From Eledone cirrhosa (taxonomy: Eukaryota), in the NCBI GenBank assembly GCA_964016885.1, contig OZ024740.1, forward strand, positions 76,570,001 to 76,634,000: a stretch of DNA of 64,000 nt. The letters run 5' to 3'. The notes beneath the pieces were generated by a model. It had not been told where the DNA came from, did not search any database, and worked only from the letters and a program-made list of their open reading frames with translations. A program made the position numbers and the translations under genes. Positions 1 through 13,100 of this stretch are shown here, piece after piece; the first letter of the stretch is position 1; each line of letters opens with the position of its first letter.

Positions 1-911
1 GAGTTATCACCAAGTTACAACCAGTGACCTCAAGAGACAATAAGGTCCGCTATGTTCAAGAAAGAATATACATACACACACATGCATCTTTAGATGTTTA
101 GACTTGTGATGTACTTATGTTGACAGAATCTTCCTTAGTATATGGGCAGTTCCCATTAGTACTATCTTTTGTATTTCTCCTATGCGCGGGTTTCGATAAG
201 TAATCATTAGACCCCTTAGGTATCATTCCTAGAGCGCCTACAACCACTGGTATTGTTTTAGTTCTCAGTTTCCACATTTTTCCAATTTCTATCTCCAGGT
301 CCTTATAATTGCTCAATTTTTCAAATGTTTTTATAGATACATTCTTGTCTATTGGAACGGACATATCAATTAGCAGGCATAACCTCTTTTTAAAGTCCTT
401 CAGTATTATATCAGGTCTATTTGCATCTATTTATCGGTCTGTTTGGATGCTAAAGTTCCACAAGATTGAGATGTGATCTTTTTCAAGTATGGGAGGTGGT
501 TGATGCACGCACCAATTCTTTTGATGGGGCAGGTCAAAATGCTTACACATTATCGAATGTATTTATTGTGCAGCTCTGTCATGCCTGTTTAGGTATTTGG
601 TTGGAGCTATAGGACTGCACATTGAAATTATATAATCAATGGTCTCTGGTTGTTTTTTACATAATGGACTGCATCCATTTTTTATTATGTTGGCTTGGTA
701 ATTTTTTGTTGGCAGACACTGATCTTTTGCTGATATAATCAGTCCTTCAGTCTCCGATTTCAGTCCAGAGGATGCCAACCACTGATGGGTTAAAGTTTTG
801 TCAACATCAGGATTGTTAGCTCTTTCTGGGTATTTTACATACAGAGGCTTTTCTTGCCATTTCTTAGCCAGTTTCTGTAGCAGTTCTTTCTTTGCAGTTA
901 CTTTTACCTGC

Positions 912-913
<2 letters not shown>
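1..913 (-). mobile_element. 5'-truncated R4/Dong-like non-LTR retrotransposon (C-terminal CCHC region plus restriction-like endonuclease), decayed
   Basis: Minus-strand peptides ETEGLII..KDQCLPT, ETIDYIISMC..A...YLNRHD, RPDIILKD..CLLIDMSVP..EKLSNYKDL, IPVVVGALG and MGTAHILRKILS are typical R4-clade RLE motifs. The 5' junction abuts (TTA)n at 914-961. Confidence 0.85.
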
Positions 914-960
<47 letters not shown>

Positions 961-961
961 G

Positions 962-1162
962 TTCTTTGAGTCTCAGTCATTGATGTTAGTTAACTGGAAA
1001 GTTTGTTGAAATGAATATCAAGCCACTACCTGCAGCCTCAGATATTCAGGACGTATCGGAGGGTTCTTGCTGTTCCCAGCAAGCATGCCTTTTAAAGCGT
1101 TCCAAAAAGCGTGGCGGGGCCAATTTTCTTTAACCATCCCTGGAAACCTTTTGAGATAGTAC
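962..1162 (-). mobile_element. Short 3' terminal fragment of a second R4/Dong-like element
   Basis: Minus strand reads GTISKGFQGWLKKIG..L*KACLLGTARTLRYVLNI*, the R4 C-terminal motif. Flanked by (TTA)n on both sides. Confidence 0.7.
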
Positions 1163-1214
1163 CTATTATTATTATAATTATTATTATTATTATTATTATT
1201 ATTATTGGCGACCT

Positions 1215-1410
1215 GTTGGTGGTGAATTGGCAGTATCGGTAGAAGGTCGGACGCCATGCTTTAACGTATTGAGTTACGGCCCTTGTCATTCTGAGTTCAA
1301 ATCCCGCCAAGGTTAACTTTGCCTTTCATCCTTACGGGGTCGATAAAATAAAGTACCAGTAATGCACTGGGTAATTGCTGGCCTTGTGCCTAACGTAGAA
1401 ACAATTATTA
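1215..1410 (+). mobile_element. tRNA-derived SINE (Meta-domain-like core), with target-site duplication
   Basis: A-box-like TGGCAGTATCGG, B-box GAGTTCAAATCC and core GCCTTTCATCCTTACGGGGTCGATAAAATAAAGTACCAG. Direct repeat ATTATTGGCGACCT ends at 1214 and 1420. Confidence 0.85.
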
Positions 1411-1626
1411 TTGGCGACCTACGTAGTAAATCGTATCATCGTGAGCTCCGTAAAGGTTTGTTATTTTCAGTTGTTTAAAATTGCCATTTACGGAAAATTG
1501 TTATTGTTAACTGTATATAAGTGCACATACATTGTTATCTGAAAAGGACACCCAAAAAGATTGGGGCCTTGAGCCCAAAATTTAAACTTTTATAATTATC
1601 ATACAAAGATTTTTCTTTGAAAAATC

Positions 1627-3578
1627 ATGGAAGATTCAGAGTCACTCCTTCCTCACAAACTAACACCTCACACCGACACCACCATTGTAAATATTACTAC
1701 GTTTGCCAACACTAAAAATATAAGGAGTAGCAATATTTTAAATTTGTCTCAGGCAGACATTCATTTCCCGCCATTACCAATGACTGCAGGTGTTAAAGCC
1801 GCCACCACCACCACCGCGACCCCCCCCCCTTCACCACCGCGACAACCACCACCCACCACCACCGCGACAACAGAAACAAAAGAAAAAAATAAATTAACTC
1901 GTGATATCGAAATTAATTCAACCAAAATGAACTCTTCCACACCGAACACCACTGACGCCACCACCACCACAACTGAAACTAGAATTAATAATAACAAAAA
2001 TAACGATAACAACAACAACAATGAAATTAAGAAAACCACCCTGAGTTTTGCCAGAGTAGCAAAACAGTGCGAAGCATTTCAGGTAACTCAGGAGGAATTA
2101 GAAGAAGCCAAAAAAATGGTAAAGAAAGATGGGTACAGGGTCAGCCTCCCCCCCCCCCACCGCCCCACACGCACCTAATAAAATGGAACATCGGCGCCTA
2201 TGCACCGTGTCTTATCGAACAATTAACATAAAATCGCGCCGAGTGGAACGGGCATCCGAGTCCCAAATCCAAAAAGCTTTGGGACATGTGTGGGCAAAAA
2301 AACCCCACATCAAACGTGGGGAGAAATAAGGAACCGTGGACGTGTTCTTTGAAGTGACGTGTTCTTAAGAAGTGACGACTTCACACTCGTTCCAAGCTAT
2401 TGTGGCCAGAGACTCGTAAAGATCAGGGTCACCCACGTTCCACCGGCCATCGAAATTCCCTGGCTAATAGCTGCCGTCCTCGCCGGCATCGAAGCCAACA
2501 CCAAGATAATCGAAATAGCGAAAGTAAAGCAGGAGAACTGGTGCGGATCTGGGATGGAGCTCCTGATACAAGCGGACCAAAAAAGCATTGAGGAGATCCC
2601 AGAGGTAATAGACCTCACTGACGGCAGCCACCGTAATCGTCGAGGGCAGAAGGCCTAGGTGTGTCGTTTGTGGTGATGGAACCCACCTAAGGGCTATCTG
2701 CGCTCAGGTTAAAAGGTTGAGGCCACCTCTCCTACCCACCCCAGTGACTCAACCATCAACACCACCAGCAGCAGAGATGGCAGCAACAACTGTAGCAGCA
2801 ACAACAGAAGCAACTGTAACAGCAACCGCTCCAGCAACAGTAGCAAAACCAACACCACCACCACCCAACGCGCCAGAACTAGCACCAGCGCCTACACCAT
2901 CCAACACGCCACAACCAAAACCAACGCCTGTGGAGGATTTTCCACTCCCCGGCCTATCACAACTGGAGACAGATTGTGACGACGAGGAGTGGGAAACGGT
3001 ATCAGGAAAAAAGAAAAAAAGAAACCAAAAAAGAAAAAAATTCTCTTCCTTCCCTCTCCAAAAACAAAATACAGAGGGAAACAAATAAACTATCAAACAA
3101 AAAAGTTAGGACAGATATGCCACCATCCACACCAGCATCACCAACCCCATCACCACAAACACCAACACCATCACCATCATTAACCCCAACACCACCATCA
3201 CCTACACCACAAAAGTCACCAAAAAGCGAAACAGAAACAAACCTACAACAAACGCAAACAAAACAAAACAACGAAAACGATACACACTACACAGCATTAA
3301 ATTTGAACAACAACCAATTATTACACTACATCCAACACAACACCAGCATCACAGAAAAAGACTACACAACAACCCAAAAGTTAACACCGCCTCCACACAT
3401 ACAAATCACTCACATCACACAGAAAACGTACACGACACTAAAACAAAAATTCCCCAAAGACATCGGAGACTTCCGACAAACACTCTCCAGGAGGATTTAT
3501 AAGGACATCCTTCCGGAGGAGGCCAAAAGCAGTGAAAAGGATGGACAAACCATCCTTCCTCTACGAGAAGTAAGGTAA
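1627..3578 (+). pseudogene. LINE ORF1 (gag-like nucleic-acid-binding protein), frameshifted
   Basis: Continuous coding-like sequence spread over several frames. CCHC knuckle CVVCGDGTHLRAIC at ~2660-2701. Pro/Thr-rich linker and Tx1-like motif WETVSGKKKKR. Confidence 0.75.
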
Positions 3579-3612
3579 GTGGTCTTTCCCATCTTTTCCA
3601 CTCCATTTCAAC

Positions 3613-6600
3613 ATGACCTCACTCAGAATAGGCAGCAAAAATGCGCGTGACTTGGGGTCGTCATGGAAGCAGGGCCACCTGTTCAACGACCTCAGGTCAC
3701 TAAACATAGATGTAGTGGCCATCAGCGAGACTAGAGTCTCCGAAGCACGGGCCTTCGCACCGATCTTCGGCGGCTACGATGTGTACGCATCTCCCAGCCG
3801 TTCGGGATCGAGGGAGGAGTTACTGTGCTTTTTCGGAGAGGTTTGGATCTCGGGCCATCTTCCTGGACCCAGAAGTTAAGTTGGTGGTGCTGGACGTGAC
3901 CAGCGGTGACGGGCAAGCTTTCAGGCTAGTGGCCGTCTATGTCCCGACAGGAGCAGGGCGGTCTGATTTCTTCCGGCGTCTGGAGACCTTTCTTGGAACG
4001 TCCCGCTCGTTAGTGTTAGTGGATGACTGGAACGGGATCTTAGATGCACGCTGGGACTGTGTGGGATCAGCGGATAGGGGAGGAGGGTGCAAGAGCCTCA
4101 CCAACCTGCTCAGGCGTTTTGAAATGTCTGACAGGTACCGATTGGATTTCCCGAATGTGCCAATGTGGACTTGGACAAATCGCATAGGGTCATCTAGATC
4201 ATATCTAGATAGAGTATTTTGTAGGGAAATAGATAGGTCTAGCATAGGCTGTCCACAATTCAAGATAGTCAGCTACACGGACCACAAATTCGTGATCTGT
4301 GTGCTTGACTTAGATAGGCTTCATAGACGAGGACCCGGCTACTGGAATCTAAACGCGTCCTTACCAGCGCGCAAGGCCTACAGAGACCGGATTAGAGAAC
4401 TAGTTTAGCGGGCGTTGACGGGGGCCATCGCCAACAACAAGTGGTGGTTTGCTCCGAAAAGAGCGATTAGAATACAGTCCATTAGGTTTAGTAAGGCTTT
4501 AGCAATAGAGAAAAATAGAGCAGAGGGAGAATTAGTTAGAAAATTAGACGAGGCGCTTAGCAAAGTCATCGAGATCGACTTACTTGCGGCGAAATTTGCC
4601 CTTGACCAATACTTCGATGCAAAGCACGAAGGCTGCATTGTCAGAGCTAGAGTGCGTGCTCTCAGACACGAGGGCCCGAGTTGCGGAGGCTGTTGTGGCA
4701 ACAAAGCCACGATCCGGTCTTTGGTGGACCACGACGGGCGCATGCTACTCGATCCCGGGCAAATGTGTGAAGCTTTTCAGCGACACTTCGCACAGGTGTT
4801 CGGGGGCAGCGGCGGGCCGGATCGAGGGATGGACTTTAGTGTTTACCTCGACGGACTGCCGCGGCTCTCGGCCACTGAGGCGGAGTGTTGCGAGAAGTCG
4901 ATAACAGCCGCTGAAGTACGGGAGGAAATGACTGGCTGCACAAGGGGTAAATCGCCTGGTTTGGATGGTCTGCCCTATGAACTTTACGTACAGATGCCAG
5001 ACTTGTTAGGAGGCCTCTTGGCGGACGTCTACTGCAACTGGCAACATAACGGGAGAATTCCCAGCTCTGTGAGCCGAGGAGCTGTGGAGCTGCTGAGAAA
5101 GGATCCGAACAAGGGGGATAACATAGATAATTTTAGGCCCATAGCGCTGCTAAACACAGAGTTCAAGATTTTAGCCAAGGTGCTAGCAAAGAGGTTGGCG
5201 CTTGTCGTTGGTGGTCTGGTGGGAGGGGCGCAGACGTGAGCCATTCCCGACAGATCCATCCACGACAACCTCCACCTCATGCGATACATCGTAGAGAGGG
5301 TAGCTAGGGAACCTGGCACGGGTGGGTCCTTGATCAATTTAGATCAGTCGAAAGCTTTCGATAGTTTCGACCATAGTTACCTAGCGGCAGTCCTGAGGGC
5401 GGCTTGCTTTGGGCCCATCTTCAGAGGCTGGATCGCTGCCATGCACAGCGACATCTGCTCTGTGGTGAGAGTGAACGGTCACCTTTCAGAACCGTTCAAC
5501 ATCATGCGCTCGGTCCTCCAAGGATGTCCCTTCTCGTCCCTCTTGTACGTATTGACTCTCGAGCCATTATTGCACAAACTGGAGCCGTTGAGGGGCATCC
5601 CGCGCGAACTAGGATGCGGAAGATCCGTGGCAGCATATGCGGACGATGTCACCGTAGTGGTGTCGAACGCCAAACACATCGAGGCGATCGGCATTACACT
5701 AAGAGAATACGAAGCGGTGACAGGAGCAATGATCAACCAGGAAAAGTCAGTTGGCCTGCACCTCGGCACCTGGAGAGGCAGGTCCATGCCGCCCAACAGC
5801 GTCCTCGGGCGCTGGACGGACGGACCGGTTAAATTGCTAGGTCTGGTTTGGTCTGGACCTCCAGACGGACAAAAACTGGTGACGAGCAGGGTGGCTTCTC
5901 TCACCCAGAAATGGGCGGAGAGGAAGCTATCCTTGAAAGGTCGAGCGGAGGTGGCTAACGCGTACATCGCGTCCGTCATCTACTACCGCCTGACCGTGGT
6001 ACCTTGTCCTAAGCCCCTCCTGACTGCGCTGGAGCGTTTGCTCTTTCGCATTTTGTGGAAGGGACGCGTACCGATGGTCAGGCGTTCCATCTGCTGTCAA
6101 CACCCGCAACGTGGAGGGATGAGCATGCCGTGGCTGATGATGCGCAGACACGCGCTCAGGCTACGTCATCTCCACCTCTTCCTCGACGTTGATCAGGTGT
6201 GGTCGCCGTTTGCTAGACACCTCTTTCCCCAGCTCGTTTCCTTGACGGAGCTGCTGTCCTGGGTCAAGCGAAGACCGAGAGGGACCGCTTGGAGACTGGA
6301 ATGTCTTCAGGCGCTCACAGCCTTCGACCAATCGGGCAATGTGATCGGTGGAAACTCCATCTTAGCGTTCTATAGAGGATTAGTGGAGGGGAAGAGCGAC
6401 GACGTACTTGGGGAAACTCTAGAGGTCGACGAAAATCAACTAGCCAATATCTTTCGGGCCGGGGCCTATGGACAACTTCCAGAAATCCCTGGCCTGGCAG
6501 TGCTACCGAGGAGCTTTGCCAGTTTGGGATAAACTCTACAGGCATGGAAGTGCCGTCAGCCGGGCATGTCCGAGATGCGCGCAGGGCGACGAAACCGTCA

Positions 6601-6982
6601 TGCACGCACTCGTCCATTGTCCGAGCATTGCTGACTTGTGGGTTATGTCGAACACCTGCTGTCGCGTGTAGGACGGATCCAGCTATCAGCTGAGTCCATC
6701 ATGAGGATTGCCCCGCCCTCTTCCTTTAGCCGGGAAGGGCAGGCAGTTTTTATCTGTCTGGTGGCCATGACGAAAGAGATAGTATGGTGGACACGTTTGA
6801 AAGGGCTGAAGACGAGCACTTACCTCTTCGGTGATGCCCTGATTAACTTTTTCAAATTTCATTTGAAAAGGAAAATCAGGGTAGAAAGGGAAGTGCTCTC
6901 TTCCCAGCATTTTGTTGAAAGATGGGTGAGAGAGGCAAGAATGGCCCGAGTGAATCGGCCTACTCTGAGTATGTGTCTGTAA
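3613..6982 (+). pseudogene. LINE ORF2: APE endonuclease + reverse transcriptase + C-terminal zinc-binding motif, with stops and frameshifts
   Basis: IGSKNAR, DVVAISET, YLDRVF, TDH, GPGYWNLN (APE, Tx1-like). KSPGLDG, NFRPIALLN..FKILAK, LDQSKAFD, QGCP, YADD (RT). CPRC..ETVMHALVHC. In-frame stops at ~4406 and ~5237. Confidence 0.92.
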
Positions 6983-7243
6983 ATTAAAGGTGGAAAACTG
7001 GGAGAGGGCACCTGCCTTGGTGGCCAGGGTCACTGTGGCTTTTTAATGGGCTTTCTCCACGAATGTCCCTCGGAAGTTTCCCCCCTATTGGGGAATCTTT
7101 TCATTGTTCTATTATTACATCCTCTGTTGCATTTTTTACACGCAGAAATGCCCATTTGTACCGTCCTGTATTGTCCTGTACTGTCCTTAATGTCTACTTT
7201 ATGTAAACCCTTGTGGTTAATAAAGAAAGCATTATTATCATAA

Positions 7244-7560
7244 TCAAAATAGTCCATCGGGAATTGTGTAAAAAGTACAACATCAAAATGCAATGTCACT
7301 GGTACGAACATACTCTTCTTGAATCTTGCCTATCAGGTGATGGTGTACAGTTATTTTGGGACCTAGAAATCAAGACCACAAACATAACCGCCTTATATCT
7401 TTCATCAAAAGCCTTGGGATCCCTGCCTTCATAGGCAGTGCCTAGATTTCTACCATCACTAGTACTGCCGGAATCCTGCGCGATATATTGAACCTCTGAC
7501 ATAAGGGACTGATTTGAAGCCAATTGACGCTTCAACTAGCAACCGATTGTTGAAAAGAAT
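7244..7560 (+). mobile_element. Third R4/Dong-like 3' fragment, internally deleted
   Basis: IVHRELCKKYNI..HWYEH..LFWDLEIKT, then TAGILRDILNL* at ~7464-7498. Confidence 0.65.
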
Positions 7561-8009
7561 TAGATTTTTTTTTTGTTCGTTTGTGGACACGTGTTACAGA
7601 TGGCTCCCGTAAGTTTGTTGTTATTACCATTGATATCCAATGTTATTTTGTTATTTTGTTGAACATTTGCTATTTTGTTATTTTGTTATTTTGTTGAACG
7701 TTTGCTATTTAATAATATACGGCATATTTATGCCAAACATCTGGAAGGCCTTTCTCTATTAGTTATAAAGTTGTGACGATCGTCACATACCTAGCTTCAG
7801 CAAAAGTAGAAAGAAGTAATCGACGATGTCCCTGTTTCTGACTTAGTCGTGGTTCTCAAGACTACATATCTCCCTGTCTTTACTGAAGCTAAACTAAACT
7901 AGATTCTTTTAGAATCTTGCTTGTTTTATAGTTAAACTAACCAGTATCTGATTGGCTTTTCTCCGTCGTCACTATCAAAAGAACTATGAAATAAAATGGA
8001 CAGAAGAAA

Positions 8010-8255
8010 CAACACTATTATTAAAACTACCAACAACAACACCATATCCACCATCACCACTGCCACCATCACCACTACCACCACCACCACCACCACCACC
8101 ACCACCACCACCACCACCACCACCACCACCACTGTAACAATAAAACATATAATAGAAGCAAAAAACAAAAATAAAGTAACGCAGACAACAACACAAATAG
8201 CGACAATAAAAACAACAGCAATAATAACAACAACAATAACAATAACAACAATACA
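8010..8255 (+). repeat. (ACC)n/(ACA)n trinucleotide microsatellite region
   Basis: Visible directly in the sequence. Confidence 0.9.
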
Positions 8256-8423
8256 TTTGCAGCAACGGCTGCCAAATTAGCAGAACATTTTGGAAAAAGA
8301 CACATGTTTGGCCTAAGTGGCCAAACTGACCAAGCTAGAGAAAGAATGGGCTGACGAAGCCATCCCCTTTGAGATGTTGGCCGAAACTCTAACAAATATA
8401 ACAATCAAAACTGTAAGAATGAC

Positions 8424-8550
8424 AAGTATGGTACCCTGTCAGAGCGTTAGGTATAGTACCCTGTCAGAGCAATAGGTATGGTACCCTGTCAGAGTAATAG
8501 GTATGGTACCCTGTCTGAGCGATAAGTATGGTACCCTGTCAGAGCGATAA
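8424..8550 (+). repeat. 25-bp minisatellite, about 5 units (AGGTATGGTACCCTGTCAGAGCGAT)
   Basis: Five near-identical head-to-tail units. Confidence 0.9.
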
Positions 8551-8774
8551 ATACGTTCTCTAGCCATAATATCTAGAGAGAAGGACGGCAGAGTTCAAGA
8601 TTTCCGGAATCCTTCCGGAGGTGGATATCGCTCTCTGTCTCCTCTTAACACAGACACAGACACATAGGCATTCATATAAACACAAACACACTCCATTTCA
8701 TATCCAAAACAGATTTCGCAGACACTGCTACATCTTCATTTCACATTGAAGATGTGGGGAAACCTCATCTTGCT

Positions 8775-9340
8775 TCACACTAATACAGACACCAGAAAAC
8801 ACAGAGAACAACCCCCAGCATTTACAGATACGCCTTCAACAACATCAACTCCACCAACAGTACAACTGGCAACACAACCACAACCACAACTACTCACATG
8901 AAGAAAACGCGTACAACAACAAACATCAAAACAGAAACTAAACTTTGTTCTGGGGAAGAAGACCAACGAAAAATTGATGGCCCTCATAGACAGGGAGATT
9001 TTCGGCACCAACATGTTTAAAGTTCCCCAAGCATTAATGATGGTGCATATGATTTTATAAAGATACAAAAGCATTAGAGAGATCTTCCCCCAGAATGGGG
9101 GAACCACTAATGTAAAATACATTGATAGGCTTTTAAAGGGGTTCCAAAATGAACTCCAACCAGATATGGAGGGCGCATCACCCGATCACCAACAGCACAC
9201 TAGTACCCACTTTTGACAATTTTAAGACCTATGAATTTCTTAGTCGGCTTGGAATGGCAATGTTGTTTGGGAAAAGCCTGAATTTGGAGGTACGGACGAA
9301 CTTCCTGGACCCGGACAGTATCTTGGGGGTCCTGGATGTC
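8775..9340 (+). mobile_element. Possible decayed LINE ORF1 fragment
   Basis: AC-rich Thr/Gln/Pro-coding composition resembles the distal ORF1 at 3100-3570. No diagnostic motif. Confidence 0.25.
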
Positions 9341-9342
9341 AG

Positions 9343-9389
<47 letters not shown>

Positions 9390-9424
9390 GCGTGTGTAAT
9401 TTATACACGCATATATTTATTTTT

Positions 9425-9965
9425 TTTATTTTCAATTGAGTTCTTAACACGTTGGATTGATAATGTTTTCGAATAAACTGATTAACCCGCGTGTATATTA
9501 TTTTTTTTCCTCCTTTCGTGGATCGTAGTTGTCTCCCCTTCCCGCTTAGTGACGCTATAACACTTCCTCAGTCAAAAAACTGCTGGAATTTCAAATTTGC
9601 CGGTCATTCGATGCGGGAAGGAACAACTTAACGGACATGATTTTTAACCGTGGTAAGAAATGTTTTTCTTATATCAAGGTTTAATGGGCATCCACTGATG
9701 ATTTATAAGCGCCCACCTAAATATATTAGGCTTCTACATAAACTGGAAATATTCTCCGAATTTGTAGAAATCTTATAATGAAACAATTGTTTGGAAAAAG
9801 AGATATATTTGAACTTTATTTATATCTCATAAAATAATACAACTGGCTTTTCCACATAATACATATTGTTAGCTCCCCAAACACTTAAATTGGGTTTATA
9901 TTAAAATATAACCTAATGTTTGTTGAGTGAGATGGTTACCAGTCAGAGATTAGCTTTAAACTATC
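9425..9965 (+). repeat. Unclassified interspersed repeat, homologous to 46310-46830 (opposite strand)
   Basis: Shared blocks CAATTGAGTTCT..CACGT, GCTTCTACATAAA.TGG, TGTAG.AATCTTATAATGAAAC and CCTAATGTTTGTTGAGTGAG. Confidence 0.65.
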
Positions 9966-10054
9966 TCTGTTATTGTATTATATATATATATATGTATGTA
10001 TAAACGATGAAGTTTCGTTTACATGTATTTATGATTTTATTGTGTATCGACCTG

Positions 10055-10123
<69 letters not shown>

Positions 10124-10124
10124 G

Positions 10125-10182
<58 letters not shown>

Positions 10183-10184
<2 letters not shown>

Positions 10185-13100
10185 ATATTAAATAAATGGA
10201 AACTATATATATAAAACCATATTTATTCTATCATATATATTTCAAGGGTACCAAAAATTTTGGTACGCTATCATCAGATAAAATACAAAATGTTTTGTAA
10301 ATATTTGACATGACCAAGGATAATATATACCTTAACGATTCAAGTTATCCCTGGAAAGTGAAGGGAAGAGACAAGAAAAGTCAGATATTTAAATTATTAA
10401 TGAGTATGCAAATGATGTTTATATTAAAGGGCTGAAAAAACGTTATTTTAGACGCTATGGAAAATTTACATATTTATGATAAGGAAGGAAGAGAAAGAGA
10501 GAGGAATAACGTTAATTTTGGGGAAAAGATTTTTGTTACCTATATTATGAGTTGTAAAATTATATGAAGAATTATGGTTGTAAGTATTTTTATCTTATGA
10601 CATTAGGAAATATCTCTATATATATTAATAAGTTGCGTATGCATTGATTGTTTATATAAACAAATATGAGTTACGAAGGATGTTGAAAATTTTATTTTCA
10701 AGTTGTGAGATTAGAATAATTTGTAGATTCAAAAAAATGTTCAACATTGAGCATGTTTTCAGAATATTGTTAATTTAACGAAGCTATATAAATTATCAAA
10801 CTAAAATTGTTAAAGAAGAGGGAAAAGGAAGACCACTTGAATGTTAATTTAGGGGAAATATATTCAAACATTTGTCTATATTTATATGGAGAATTATTTA
10901 TCTTATTATAATAATATATAAATATCTATATATATATATTTTAATAATAACATATGTGTTTTTTTATTAAAAGGATAGTTTGTTTATAATATGAGTTACG
11001 AGGGATGTTGATTTATAAATAAATACAAAAATAAATAGGTGTTTATTCCTAATATAAGTTACTAGGGATGTTGATTTTATGTAAATAAATAGGTAGTTAC
11101 AATTGATAAGGTTAAATTAACGGAGTTATGTATAAAAAGTTTTTATGATTGAAAGAAGGAAAGATAACTCCAATTTTTTTTATTAATCGCTGGTGTGGGA
11201 TTAATTATTTATTCTAAAGAAATATTTAAACATCATCCTGAATAGGATACATTTTACTAAAAACAGTTAATGGTTATTAATCTACATTTAAAATTAGCTT
11301 TAGAGGGTGTCATTAGAAAAATAAAGCTTTAGAGGGTGTCATTAGAAAAATAACAAATTAAGAAAAAAGAAAAACGAATTAAAGAATTTAAAAGAATTAA
11401 TATTAAAATTAAAATTAAAATTAAAATTAAAATTAAAATTAGAGTTTAATAGAGTTTTTACAATTAATTATATAAAACATTTCTTCAATACATAATTTAC
11501 AGAATCTTGATAAGGTAAGTGAGTAAGCAGGTGCTTTTGAAATCGTTTTCCAAGATAATGAATAGTCTATATTCTTGCTTTTCAATTCCATATAAGATGT
11601 GAGAGGGTAGTAGAATATTTTTTGTCAGATCTTCTAAAAGAACAATTGTGGTTATTCCAGCGAAGTTTAAATTCTGTAGAAGTGGCACCGACATAGTTGA
11701 ATATATCACTAGTTTTAACTGTACATTTATAAACTATGTTTTTATCTAAACACTTATTTTGTAAAGGGCAGTTTGATTTGATTCTACAGTTACATTTTAC
11801 GGAGTTGTTGTTGCTCAGAACGGTACTATTATACTGGATATTGCTAGAAATATTATTATTGCTATTATGGTTATTTTGATTAGGGTTTAAATTTAAGTTT
11901 CAATTATTAATTCTATTTATATTTTGTGCTATGTTCATAGTAGTAGAGTAGGATAGTTTTATAGTATGTCTGTTAAAGATTGAGTGGTATATGTGGGTTT
12001 TAGGAAAACATTTGTCTAGTGCTTTAAAGAATAGCGTTGCTAAAGGTGTTTTAACGCATAATGAGAATGGGGGTGAGTACCAAATAATATTTCTAGTTCT
12101 AGTTCTTTTGTTTGTTTTAGAGTTTAAGTTAAATTGTTTATTCTTATTATAATTTATAGTAGGATGATTTTCCTTATTATTGTTGTCAATATATTTAATT
12201 TTATTCGTATACCCTGCTCTATTTAAAGCTTCATTATAATATTCAGCCTTATCCTCAAAAATATTTTTATTAGCAGAGATACGTGAAATTCGTTGCTGGA
12301 CGCTATTGACGATAGTGTTCTTAATAGCTCTAGGATGATTAGAGTTAAAACTTACGTAATTTAGATTATCATTAATTTTATGGAATGGATAGTAGAGCCG
12401 TGTGCTAAGGTTTAATGTTACGTCTAAAAAGTTAACGATTTTATAGTTATTCTCTATTTCTAACTTAAGGTTATCATTATTGAAGAATTGTATTATGGAT
12501 TTTCTTTTCCTATTAATTTCACAATTACTATGGTTTTCAATTAAAAGTAGCATATCATCACGATATAAACCACCGGTCATCTCTGGAATTTTTCTATGCA
12601 GTGTATTATTAATAAATAACCCCACAAGATCCGTTATTTGCGCCGAGTCGGATAATCCCATGTTGATATCAAAATTATTTTTTCTATCGGCTCTTGTCCA
12701 GAGATGATTGTTGAATTCAATTAAAGTTTTCCGTGCAGTTAAAATGATATGCATTTCTTCACTAGATAAATCTGTATGTTTAGATACATAGATAAGAGCC
12801 CTATTAAGTAAACTGGGAGTAATAGAGGAGTAGTATTTGCAATATCCATTTGAATGAATTTTTTGTTATGTTTAAATTGTATGTTATTGAACCAATCTAT
12901 AACCTCATTAGTACCGTTCCATAGTTTTAGGTGTGATTTTTCTTTAAGTTGTGATATGATTCTATCTAATATATGTTTACTAATTATGCCTAAGTCTGAT
13001 TTAGATGGTGCTATAAGTCTGACTGGTAGTTCTATTTTAAAGTTTCTTTTGTGGTCTTTCAGGTTAATTTTCGGTCTTCTAGGTATAAAGGGTTCAGTCC

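Larger units (their letters stand above)
1413..7230 (+). mobile_element. Near full-length Tx1/L1-clade LINE (5'UTR, ORF1, ORF2, 3'UTR), inactivated
   Basis: Two tandem ORFs with zinc knuckle, APE endonuclease, RT and C-terminal Cys/His motif. AATAAA near 7219 at the 3' end. Confidence 0.9.

Noticed and set aside
8424-8550. CRISPR-like short repeat array
   Set aside because: Units are contiguous without unique spacers, there are no cas genes, and the context is eukaryotic.
11760-11800. Selenoprotein-type Naiad element
   Set aside because: The CxCx5C cysteines are encoded by TGT/TGC, not TGA, here and at 49703-49730.
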